A stretch of 64,000 bases of DNA from Octopus sinensis (GCF_006345805.1 NC_043004.1:72912001-72976000); one strand, 5' to 3'. Numbered from the stretch's first letter, positions 12,059 through 23,731 are shown. Notes: generated by a model from the sequence alone, not told the origin. Translations and numbers: made by a program.

Positions 12059-13369
12059 ATCATTCAAATTGAGAACTAGTATCCCGGTTGTTAGTCTAGG
12101 GTGGACTTCTGTTATTGTCAACGTTACAGTCACTTTAAAACCTCCTTGGAATATCAGCCCAGCATCACCTTTTGCAAGTATGTACACAGCCTTTCCTCTG
12201 GCAATCCGTTGCAGCAGAGTTGTACAAGTTTTCTGGGTGTATATGCTTGGCCATCACTCAGGGAATAGTTTCTGAAACGCTTTATCCCAACTCACATGAT
12301 GTTATCGGACTCACATATGCAGATATGATCTGTGGCAGAACTTCGGGGTTTGAGTGCTATGTAGATATAATCGAAGGGATATGATGAGACATTCAAAGGC
12401 TATTTGTATCGATTTTAAGCCTCTGCTTGCCTTGTTTTCGTTTTTAAGTGAAGCCTCCTTCGTCATTTTTGACTTGGAAGTATGTATGCAAGCATGTATG
12501 CATTTATGCAAGTCTGTATGAGTGTCAGCGTCCCAGGACATACATATATGCATACCTGCATCCATCCATACTTACAAGCATGTGCGTGCGCATGATGACA
12601 CTAAGGTCAGGTCAAATTGTGACATATCGTTATTGAATACGAACTTTGACATGGAGTAAAAAGTTAATTGCACACGTCATGCGTCAGTCTTAACATTATA
12701 TTACTCTCGGGCCTTGGGAACGAGGCTTTCAAGAGAGACAGATAAACAGACAGACGGGCGGACAGGCAGATAGACAGACAGACGGACATGCGTAACGAGA
12801 CTCTGTGGTCATGTTATAAATGAGATCGTGTGGAGATGTGAATGTTTGATAGATGTTGACAAGCTGTACTACATTAACTGGAACATCCGACTCATCGATT
12901 GAAACAACCGACACCGTTACACGCGCGCCTGCGTCTACATACACTCAAGCTAACACACACATATACAGTACAGTGTGTAGTCATAACACACATTATATGC
13001 ATACACACATACATAAATATAGGATCAACAAAGACTGCTCTTCCCCATACACTAACAGAAAGATGAGCCAAGAGTGAGTCTCCACGCGGCTGACTTGCTA
13101 GAAATAACAGTAAAATAATTTTTCTGGTGTCGCCTTACTGTTCGGATTATTTGGTCCTGGGTTCCTTGCATATAGGAAAAAAACCATGTCGGTCATATCT
13201 GTAATGCCTTCGATCGTAGGGTTGATCGATTGGGGCTTATCTGCGATTAAACAACGACTATGTCAAATATTACATAGAAAATGCAAACACAGACACATCG
13301 CATATTGTGAATATTGTGAAGACCTAAGATACACACACGGACGCAGAATAATGTGAAGGCATTATGTGT

Positions 13370-13423
<54 letters not shown>

Positions 13424-13424
<1 letters not shown>

Positions 13425-13668
13425 AGGGTGGCCCCAAAAGTAGGTTTACAGTTATTCAACTCTCTTTCGCATTCATATATTAAGTTTAGATCTTAATTAG
13501 AAATACAAATATGAAGCCATTATTCTCTGCTAATTTAGTTAATTTTGTTAAGCTCCTTTTTCAGTTTGTAAAATAGAAATTTAAATGTAACAAAATGTTT
13601 TAAAGAAATTTAAAGTGCCTACGGGATAACTGTAAACATAATATATATATCTATATATAATCACCCCA
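13424..13668. mobile_element. Tc1/mariner-type MITE relic
   Basis: TA|CAGGGTGGCCCCAAAAGTAGGTTTACAGTTAT left end. ATAACTGTAAAC at 13626-13637 is the reverse complement of 13444-13455. The right end is broken by (TA)n. Confidence 0.55.
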
Positions 13669-13763
13669 ATTACTGTATTGTTAAAACAGTATAGTTTTTT
13701 TGGTGCATCTAAGTAGGTACCATATTCAAGTAAATTCATTTAAATTAACTTGAATCTTTATTG

Positions 13764-13807
<44 letters not shown>

Positions 13808-13829
13808 TATAATTATCATATATATAGAC

Positions 13830-13872
<43 letters not shown>

Positions 13873-14185
13873 ATATATATCTATAGATATATATATAGAC
13901 ATATATATATTATACATATATATATATATACATAATATTATATATATATTATAATATATACACACGGAGTATTATACATTGACATTATGCACAAACACAT
14001 ATACATGTAGATTATATTTTGTAGACACGCAGTATAATGCGTAGACATTATATACACCCACATACAGTAGAATGTGTAGAGTTTATACATACATACGGTA
14101 TACAGTGCTGACATCAAAACATCATACACACCCACTTATAGACATTATGTATACACAATTTATGTAGATATTACATACACACACT

Positions 14186-14232
<47 letters not shown>

Positions 14233-15106
14233 CACAGACAGAAAGTGAAGGTGACATTATCACTTAAGTATGAGGATCTTATACACACACGCAGTATACA
14301 CATAGAGCATAATGTGCAAGCATTACTCTCTCTCTCGCTCTCTCTCTCTCTCACTCACACTCTCTCTCTCTCACACACACACACAAACACACACACATAC
14401 AGATACACACTTATTCACTCATTTACCCACGCGCACACGGTGTATGCTATGCAGACATAATACGGACGCACACACACACACATATTGGGTGTAGAGTTAA
14501 GGTTTAAAACAGAGTAAGAGATGGGGGGGGGGTTTATAGAGAAATTTAAAGAATGTGTCATAATTTTTGAGTGAAGGTGACACATTATTACTTGAGTACC
14601 GGGATCTTGTTGGGGGTAAGACGAAGAAATGGGGGTTGCTTGTGACATTGGAGGTCTAGGGCCTTTACAAGGTGACATATCATTAATGAAACTGTGATTG
14701 AAGAATGTAGTGGTAATGGCGGTGGTGGTGGTGGTAGCGGTGGCGGTGGTAGCAGTGATGGCGGTGACGATATGGTCGGCATGGTAGTTCCGGTGGTCAT
14801 CGTAATGGTGGTGGTGGTGGCGACGGTGTGTAAGGGAGAAGGTGAGGCGGGAAGAGCGGTAATACAAGAGCGGAGAGAAAACGTAAGAGCGTCACGAATA
14901 CATGAATAAACATGTGTATATATACGTATATATATATATATGTATATATAAATATATATATACATATTCACACACACATATACAGACATGCACACAATTC
15001 ATATGCATACGGTGATGTACCCAGAAGTGTAAACACACTGATGTATATAACGAGCATGTATATATATGTGCTTGTACGAGTGTGTATATACATATACATA
15101 TGTATG

Positions 15107-15157
<51 letters not shown>

Positions 15158-15204
15158 TACATATACACGCATACATGTATGCAAAATGCATATATATGTA
15201 TATA

Positions 15205-16474
15205 CAGGGGTTGGACAAAATAATGGAAACACCTTGAAATTTCAAACAAATTTATTTTAATATGGGGTAGGACCGCCTTTTGCAGTAACTACAGCTTGAA
15301 TTCTACGAGGTATGGACTTGTACAAAGTTTGAATTGTTTCCAAAAGAATTTTTGTCCATTCTTCAACTAAAACTATCCGCAGTTCTTGTAGTGATGATGG
15401 TGGAGGATATCGACTCTTTACTTGTTTTTCTAAAATTCACCATAAATGTTCAATAATATTAAGATCTGGGGACTGTGGTGGCCAGATAAAAAGTTCAACT
15501 TTACTAGAATGTTCCTCGTGCCATTCAGTAATAATTTTAGCTGTGTGAATTGGTGCATTATCATCCTGAAATATTGCGTTTCCCCCCTGAAACAGTTCGG
15601 CAACCATAGGATGAATTTGATCAGATAAAATGCTTGAATAGTTTTGACTATTAATTCTGCCATGAAGGGAAACCAATGGGCGGGCGGATTTCCAAGACAT
15701 AGCTCCCCAGATCATCACAGATCCTCCTCCATGTTTAACAGTTGGAAGAATGCAATCAGAGTCAAATGCTTCTTTTGGCTATCTCCACACATATACTCGG
15801 CCGGTAGTCGGAAACAAGGTAAAAGATGACTCGTCCGAGAAAATAACATTCTTCCATTGATCTGGGGACCAATTCCGTAGGATTTTACTCCACTCTAAAC
15901 GCTGTGCAACGTTTGTTTTTGAAAGTAGTGGTTTTCTGATTGCAGCCCTCCCGTGAATCCGGCTTTGTGCATCTCCTGCCGAACAGTTTTTTTGTGGAAA
16001 TTGGGTTCTCGAGGTGGTCATTAAGCTCTGCAGTAATTTTGGGAGCCGCACTTTTGTGATCCTTTCTAACAATTCGCATAAGAGTCCGACGCTCCCTATC
16101 TGAAAGTTTTGCTTTTCTTCTGGATTTTTGTTTCGACGAGGAGGTTTCTTCCTCTGCCTCAAATGCTTTCATTACTTTTGAGACAGTACTTCTTGACACA
16201 CCAAACATTTCGGCTGCTCTCGTTATGCTAGTGCCTACCATACGAGTACGAACAATTTGATCTCTTTGAAAGTCCGATAGATCTGTCATTTTAGTGAATT
16301 TTAATTACCTTTTTCTGCTGATGTCTGAAAAGAAACAGCAATTTTAGCAAAACATTAAGCAACACTAACAATAAATCAAAAACCATAAAAATAAACAAGA
16401 TTTTGACGGTTTCATAGATATTTAAAACTTGTGATGCTATGACGCTAGGTGTTTCTATTATTTTGTCCAACCCC

Positions 16475-16476
<2 letters not shown>
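15205..16476 (-). mobile_element. Full-length defective Tc1-type DNA transposon, DD36E spacing (Incomer-like)
   Basis: 30-bp TIRs (C/T)AGGGGTTGGACAAAATAAT(G/A)GAAACACCT at 15205-15234 and 16447-16476, flanked by TA. Length 1272 bp. Confidence 0.95.
15257..16289 (-). pseudogene. Tc1 transposase pseudogene (~344 codons, one frameshift, two in-frame stops)
   Basis: Paired-like HTH (MTDLSDFQR...GVSRSTVSKV), IFSDES, HGGGSVMIWG, FQDDNAPIH and WPPQSPDLNIIEHLW. Frameshift at the T-run 15987-15993; stops at 15779-15781 and 15437-15439. Confidence 0.93.
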
Positions 16477-16504
<28 letters not shown>

Positions 16505-16506
<2 letters not shown>

Positions 16507-16870
16507 ATACAAAATGGGACAAGAGCGCAAGACATCCGGGCAGTTAGGTAATACAAAAATGAGACAACAAAACATCCAGATAGACGATACAAAGAAACCA
16601 AGGAAGCTTTCTTTCCTCAGTCGAGTACCAGATTATCTTCGCAATTTCGGCTGATTATACTCGAGATTGCTCCAATCTGGCCAACCCCAAGGAAAAACTA
16701 AGCTAAAGCATTAGATTCCTTGAAAGTAAGCAGCGAATGTATACAAAAACAAGGACGGAAAAACACGGACAATGTTACACAAATACAATAAAAATATTAA
16801 CAGGACATAACAACAGGTGGCGTTCGAGTAAGTTCGAATTAAATTAAGCTGGCGTGTGTGGAAATAAAGC
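16505..16870 (-). mobile_element. Hammerhead-bearing repeat, diverged copy (Penelope-like or retrozyme-like terminus)
   Basis: Aligns by eye to 63250-63613 (+) and sits between (TA)n tracts. Confidence 0.75.
16607..16697 (-). ncRNA. Candidate non-circularly permuted hammerhead ribozyme, copy 1
   Basis: GCAAU-C^UCGAGUA ... CAGCC-GAAA-UUGC ... UACUCGA-CUGAGGA. Stem I is 7 bp, stem III 5 bp, and an extra helix CCAGAUU/AAUCUGG is present. Confidence 0.7.
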
Positions 16871-17939
16871 CTTACGCGAGGGATATATATGTATACTTAA
16901 ATGTATATACTTTATATATACTTATATACATATATCTATATGCGTATACATACATATATATATATATATATAGAATAGTTTTATATATACTTACGCACAC
17001 ACACACATGCATGTCCATATATATGCTTGAAAATATGAACAACGAAAGCGCTTGCACACAACGCAAAAACTTCTTTCCAAAACGTTCGTGATATTTGAAA
17101 TTTCTTTTCAAAAACAATCTTTTTTATTAGTTAATGTCTTTAAAAAAAATCCCTTAAGTATTGTGACTGCATAGAGTTTTTTGTTTTTTTTACCCAAGAT
17201 GTTGTACAGTAAGATCGAAACCAAACCACGTTGCAGCGAAGGGAACCTCTTAGCTATGCAATCATGCTTGTGTGCTCAAAACAAAACCTCACAGAAAAAA
17301 ACAAAAAGCAGCTTAGCCCTATAATTCGCACACAACAGATGACCATGCGATCCGGGACAATAAAAATGTGTAGAGATATAAAAGGGCGAATGATTGTGCA
17401 AAAAATAACGAAAATAACTTTATATCATTTCATTACGGTTTTGTTTTCGAACAGGTGGCTGGTTATAATATACACTGCAACTCTCATGAAGATAAAAAAA
17501 ACCATACACACACACATACATACATAACACATACGTACATACATACACACACACACACACATACATATAGACATACATACATACATACATACATACATGC
17601 ATACATACATACATACATACATACATACATACATACATACACACATACATACATATACACACACACAGATACGTACATACGTACATACAAGCATACATAC
17701 AGGTGTGACGATGGATTACCATGAAACACTTGGATTACATATAAGCGTAACTAGTGCAAGTGTCAGGTCCCCCAAAGTTCGATCTGTCACTTTTCTAACT
17801 ATATCAGACATATATATTGCTTGAGGACTCTACCGCCACAACCTTCACAAGAATAGTAGGCGGCGAAAATGGGTGGATATTGCTAAAATTTAGAGCTCTT
17901 TACACTCATACAGGAATCATCACCAACGAGTTGCTACCT

Positions 17940-18095
17940 ATGAATTCAGGTGTGGAAGCTTGCTTCCCAACCACAAGGTTCCAGGTTCAGTCTCACTGCG
18001 TGGCACCTTCGACAAGTATCTTCTACAATAGCCTCGGGCCGACCAAAGCCTTGTGAAGGGATTTGGCTAACGAGAACTGAAAGAAGCCCGTCATA
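17940..18095 (+). mobile_element. SINE family B left half
   Basis: GCTTGCTTCCCAACCAC...GGTTCAGTC...GGCCGACCAAAGCCTTGTG...AAGAAGCCCGTC. Confidence 0.85.
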
Positions 18096-18099
18096 CATA

Positions 18100-18410
18100 T
18101 TAGCAGTATCGCCCGGCATTGCTCGGGTTTGTTTCGACCCTTTAGAATAGGAATTTTTGAAAAGTAAAAGTTTTGCATTATGTAGCTTGTTATTCTCTTT
18201 AAGTGAACATTTTTCTGGTTGAAATACACCGAAAAATGGCGACACAGCAGTTAAAAAATCGTAAAAAATAGGGATTTTCATAGAAAAAAAGCACCGTTTC
18301 TTCTATCATACTCTCAATTTTGGTCAACTTGCGCTGCAGGGTCTCGGAGGAGATAGTGTTAGTTGAAGGCTACCAAACCTGCCATACACAGACAACTTCA
18401 GCTATATATA
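18100..18410 (-). mobile_element. Short non-autonomous Helitron-type element
   Basis: Minus-strand 3' end has a CCCGAGCAATGCCGGG hairpin followed by a CTAA(G-like)|T terminus. The 5' end is TA-rich and abuts the next Helitron. Confidence 0.6.
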
Positions 18411-19568
18411 TCTTTATATATATAAAACTGAGAATGTGTGTCTGTCTGTCTGTCTGTCTGTGTGTTTCCCTAAAACTTGAGAGCTACACAACCAATTTCA
18501 TTCAAATTTTACACATGCCTTACTTAGGTTCCAGGGAGTGTCATCGGCAAAAACATTTATAACTTTTTGCCTAGGGCGGGCCCACAGCAATATCATATCT
18601 TCTCCATTACGATTCCCTAAAACTTGAGAACTACACAACCAATTCCATTCAAATTTTACACATGCCTTACTTAGGGTCCATGTAGTTTCATGGGCAAAAA
18701 ATTGTTCAACTTCTTGCCTAGAGCGAGCCCATAGCAATATCATATCTTATTACGTGTTAAAAGTGAAACAAAAACATTTCTCTATTTTATGTCAGATGCT
18801 TTCACTTTAACAATAAAAATAATAATAACAATTGAATTATATGTTGTAAGTAATAATTAAAATCAAACTAAAGTATAATATAATCGTAACATAACAAAAG
18901 TAAAAATAGCAATTGGTATAAAATTGCATCAATGATTTGAACTTGAATCAGTGGTTTCACATGAATGGGAATAAATTAAAAATAAAATTAGCGTGCAGAA
19001 ATGGAATAGATCAGATGGATAATAAAAAATTAAATTAAAGAAAAGACTATTGTCTATAAAGTATACAATGTAGAGAAAAAAAGATTTGAACACATGGAGG
19101 AAAGCACCTTCGAAAAGTGTCTTGGTGCAACTATGAAAGGTATCTAATCAGAGGCGGTAAATTCGCCACAATAGAAGCAAGGTTCGAGTCAACGGAGCGT
19201 GCAAGGGAGTACTCGACTCGAACCTTGCAAACTGGAAATATTTTATTTTTACCTTTATATCTGAGACGTAGGACGTCCCGGAAAAAATTTTTAATGCCCC
19301 CCCCCCCCCCGAAGTAGAGGTAGTCTGGATCGTAGCCACACTTCTATACAAGAGGGAGGACAAGATACAATTGATTGAAATTACAAGAGACGGGCTAACA
19401 ACTCCAGTCTGTTATATATTTTGAGTATTGTTATCACTAGCGATATCAAGATATAACTTTGTATTTTGTATTTTATGTGTAGATGTATATGTAATATGTA
19501 CACATATATATACACATATATACATGCACTAGCACTATGACCCGGCAAGGACGGGTCTTTAATGCTAG
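18411..19568 (+). mobile_element. Non-autonomous Helitron, complete
   Basis: A|TC 5' end, GACCCG-GCAAGGA-CGGGTC hairpin at 19539-19557, CTAG|T 3' end, no TSD. Contains two ~145-bp internal subrepeats at about 18465-18750. Confidence 0.85.
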
Positions 19569-19845
19569 TATATATATATATATATATTAAAATTAATCAA
19601 AGGACATGCGAAATATGTCTACCTGCTGGAAATAACAGTCAAAACTCTCATTTAAATCGCCAGAATGCACTGATAATAATTACAGAAACCAACCATCCGA
19701 AGGCAAACTGGCTAAGACAATCTCTCTGAACCCATTCAAGTATTTGGACTCACGTGGACCGGTTTCTGAACTGGCATAATAGCCTTACTTTTCTCAGCAC
19801 GCATTACGATGATGGAGCCTCAACCCATCAGGTATTGAATACACA

Positions 19846-19896
<51 letters not shown>

Positions 19897-20025
19897 CAAA
19901 TTAAATAAACAACCGAAGGAGCTACTCGTAATTTCATGCTTTTATGATACTGAACAGGCATACTTAGAAAATGTCATGTATTTTAAAGCAATCTTTCAGG
20001 CTTTGTTTATGTGTTATGTATATAT

Positions 20026-20056
<31 letters not shown>

Positions 20057-20279
20057 GAGTGTGTGTGTCTTTGTTTGTCCGCCCCCTCCCCCGTCACCGA
20101 TTGACAGACGGTGTTCGTGTGTTTACGCCCCCATAATCTGGCGGTTTATCAAAAGCTGCCGATAGAAAATGTACTAGGCTTAAGAAATAAGTCCCGGAGT
20201 CCGATTTGTTCGACTGAAACCCTTCATGGTGGTGCTCCAGTATGGCCGCAGTCAAATGATTGAAAGAAATAAAGGAAAA

Positions 20280-21610
20280 TAAAGTGGTGAGTCAGCAGAA
20301 TCGTTAGTAATCCGGACAAAATGCTTTGTGGAATTTCGTCCGTCTTTACGTTTTGAGTTCAGATTCCGTGGATGTCAATCTTGCCTTTCGTCCTTTCGGG
20401 ATCGATAAAATAAGTACCAGTTGAAGATTGGAGAGATCGATGAAATCGACTTACCACCCCCACCCCGCCGAATTAGCTGATCCTGTGCTAAAATTTGAAA
20501 CCGGTATATAAGGCAGCGAGCTGGCAGAATCGTTATTGCGCCAAACAAAATACTCAGTGGCATTTTTTCTTACTTGACGTTCTGAGTTCAAATTCCGCCT
20601 AGGTCGATTTTCCTTTTCATCTTTTCTGAGTTAATAAAATAAGTACCATTTGAAAACTGGGGGCAAAATAATCGACTTACCCCTCCACCGGAATTCCTGG
20701 TCTTATGTCAAAATTTGAAACAAATTAATAGATAAATGCGAGCGCATGTGCATGTGTATGCGTTTATACCACTGTGTGTGTGTACGTTTGCACCTGTGTG
20801 TTTGCACGTGCGTGTACATGGGTGAATGTGTGTGTGTACGCTTCCCTCAGAACGGTGATATCCTCTATTGGTAGAAACGTTAGCACGCCAGGTGAAATGC
20901 GAAGGCGGCGAGCTGGCAGAAACGTTAGCACGCCGGGCGAAACGCCTAGTGGTTTTTCGTCTGTCGCTACATTCTGAGTTCAAATTCCGCCGAGGTCGAC
21001 TTTGCTTTCATCCTTTCGGGGTCGATTAAATAAGTACCAGTTACGCACTGGGGTCGATATAATCGACTTAATCCGTTTGTCTGTCCTTGTTTGCCATCTC
21101 TGTGTTTAGCCCCTTGTGGGTAGTAAAGAAATAGGTATTTCGCCTACCGTTACGTTCTGAGTTCAAATTCCGCCGAGGTCGACTTTGCCTTTCATCCTTT
21201 CGGGGTCGATTGAATAAGTACCAGTTACGCACTGGGGTCGATATAATCGACTTAATCCGTTTGTCTGTCCTTGTTTGTCTCCTCTGTGGGTAGTAAAGAA
21301 ATAAGTAATTCGCCTGTCTTTACGCTCTGAGTTCAAATTCTGCCGAGGTCGACTTTGCCGTTCATCCTTTCGGGGGCGATAAATTAAGTCGTTGCAGTCG
21401 ACTTAATCCGTTTGTCTGTCCTTGTTTGTTACCTCTATGTTTAACCCCTTGTTAAATAAACGTTAAGCACGCCGGGCAAAATGCTTAGCGGCATTTCGCC
21501 TGTCTTTACGTTCTGAGTTCAAATTTCACCGAGGTCGACTTAATCCCTTTATCTGTCCTTGTTTGTCTCCTCTATGTTTAGCCCCTTGTGGGCAATAAAG
21601 AAAGAAGAAA
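20280..21610 (+). mobile_element. Head-to-tail array of SINE family A units
   Basis: TCTGAGTTCAAATT recurs at about 20972, 21155, 21325 and 21511 (period 170-186 nt), with further copies upstream. Confidence 0.9.
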
Positions 21611-22014
21611 GGTGATATCCTCTATTAAATACTCCATGAAAGCTATGTCCATTTTTTCCACCAATCATGACTTCAGAGTTTTAGCTCAATACACATAGAA
21701 CCATTATCTTAGCCACTTTATGAATCAACAAGATAAACTTTAACAATCCGCTGCCTTGCGGTCTTTCATTGTTTCTTTTCCTTTTCTTCTATTTTACAAA
21801 TTTTGTTTGTTTTGTTACGAACTTTGAATTGTTACTTTCGAATTAAATTTTTTGAGATTATTTTCACGATAGATAGATAGATTGATAGATGTTAATACTA
21901 CAACACCAACTACTACTACTACTTTCTCTCTCTTTTTCTCTTTCTTTCTCCCCGGAATTTCTGCGTATTTGCGCATCATCTGTAACAAGTATTCACTATA
22001 TACACACACACGCA

Positions 22015-22056
<42 letters not shown>

Positions 22057-22376
22057 AGCACTCCGTTGGTTACGACGACGAGGGTCCCAGCTGATACGAT
22101 CAACGGAACAGCTTGCTCGTGAAATTAACGTGCAAGTGACTGAGCAATCCACAGACACGCGTACCCTTAACGTAGTTCTCAGGGAGATTCAGCGTGACAC
22201 AGAGTGTGACAAGGCTGGCCCTTTTAATTCAGGTACAACTCATTTTTGCCAGCTGAGTGGACTGGAGCAATGTGAAATAAAGTGCCTTGCTCAAGGACAC
22301 AACGCGTCGCAGGGAATTGAACTCATGACCTTACAATCGTGATCCGAATGCCCTAACCACTAAGCCACGTGCCTTC
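22057..22376 (-). mobile_element. CORE-type SINE, same family as 2199-2553
   Basis: Reverse complement shares the head, the CCACTCAGCTGGCAAAAATGAG core and the ACTTGCACGTTAATTTCACGAGC tail. Confidence 0.88.
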
Positions 22377-22408
22377 ACACACACACATACATACATACAT
22401 ACACACAC

Positions 22409-22458
<50 letters not shown>

Positions 22459-22471
22459 GTGTGTGTGTATG

Positions 22472-22505
<34 letters not shown>

Positions 22506-22673
22506 CACATATACACACACTTAGCTTTCATTTTATATTTCTACGGTTATATATATATATCTTGAGCACTTTATTTCTACTATAATATTGTTACATCAAT
22601 TAACGAAGTATTTCATATATATATATTAGTTAATAAATAACTATAAATGTTTCTCCCTTTTCGTATCTTTCAG

Positions 22674-22703
22674 AGATCCATGACGTAAACCCACCTAATC
22701 CAG
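22674..22703 (+). CDS. Netrin: Netrin hinge microexon (30 nt, phase 1-1), between the last laminin-EGF repeat and the NTR domain
   Basis: Acceptor TTTCGTATCTTTCAG and donor CCAG|GTAAGT. Only the phase-1 frame is open: (K)IHDVNPPNP(D). Its last G joins AT of the next exon to give Asp. Same position as the Pro-rich KIPVAPP...PED linker exon of vertebrate NTN1 (recalled, not searched). Confidence 0.85.
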
Positions 22704-23665
22704 GTAAGTCCATAAACTTTGGTTAATTAACTTCACCAAGCTAAATAAGTAAGTCTAATTAATCTTCCATAATTCTGTTAATCTTGGCTCAATTATAGAC
22801 ACATAAATAAACACAGAAAATACACGCGTTCATCATACACCAATATATAGAAATTTAACTAATCACTTAACCCATTTAATCCCTGTAAGTAGTCCTAACT
22901 AATCCCACCATAAGTCTTCTAATCCAGGCGACGCGTTTATCTACCTTGTTGGATAACTCAACAATTGATTCGCTAAGTTTTCTTTAACAAATCATTTTTT
23001 AACTTACCTAGTCAGTAATCTCTACGTCAGAAACTGAGAAATTCTAGGGCTCGCCAAAAGAATTTTAGAAACGTTTGCTCACCAACCATTCATCATTAAT
23101 GAAAAGAAAAACGGAATTTGCATTCATCTACTTCTTTCATCCCCTCGATGCTAGACATGTTTAAATTGTATAAAACCAACTCTACTTTACTAAATACTCT
23201 ATGTTTGTATGTCCCCTTCTCGGCTCTCATAGACGCCTTCAGAAAGGGATTGTCCCCAACAAACCTCATTAGAAACACTACATTTTTATATGAGCCATCA
23301 CCGTGTTAAGAAATTGCAGCCAAATCTCCCCCAAATCACACATTGTCGATTTAAATGTATGGAAGGGGACTTTGGGCGGGGCGTTAAAGGTTTGAGTAGT
23401 CTCTATCTGAGTGAAAGAGTGGATAGTCGCATTGGGAATGTCTTTGATTGTAGGTCTGTATGATTATGACTATACAACATCACAAGTCAACAAGTAAATG
23501 ACCCGCGAGGATAATAGTTTAGTACTCCCTCGTATCGTACTCTACTTTGCTAAAAAAATATATAAAAGGAAAGATAGAACAATGTATAATGTGGTCATAA
23601 CATAGTACTTGAAATATCAATGTTAATACTACAACACCAACTACTACTACTACTACTACTACTAC

Positions 23666-23726
<61 letters not shown>

Positions 23727-23731
23727 GATGA

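Noticed and set aside
14244-14608. Degenerate ~38-nt direct repeat AGTGAAGGTGACA...GGATCTT at 14244 and 14570
   Set aside because: Short, diverged and embedded in microsatellites. Most simply an old local duplication, with no functional signature.
19798-19831. Candidate 34-nt exon (TTTTCTCAG ... CAG|GTATTG)
   Set aside because: Weak donor, length not a multiple of three, and no netrin-like peptide in any frame.
20900-21610. Regularly spaced repeats superficially like a CRISPR array
   Set aside because: Units are 170-186-nt SINE monomers without unique spacers, the context is eukaryotic, and there are no cas genes.
1-22673. Search for the upstream netrin laminin-EGF exon (C.CHP.G...CNQ.TGQC.CK...PCIK)
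   Set aside because: No such Cys pattern was found by eye in the non-repeat segments. It probably lies upstream of the window, implying an intron longer than 22 kb.
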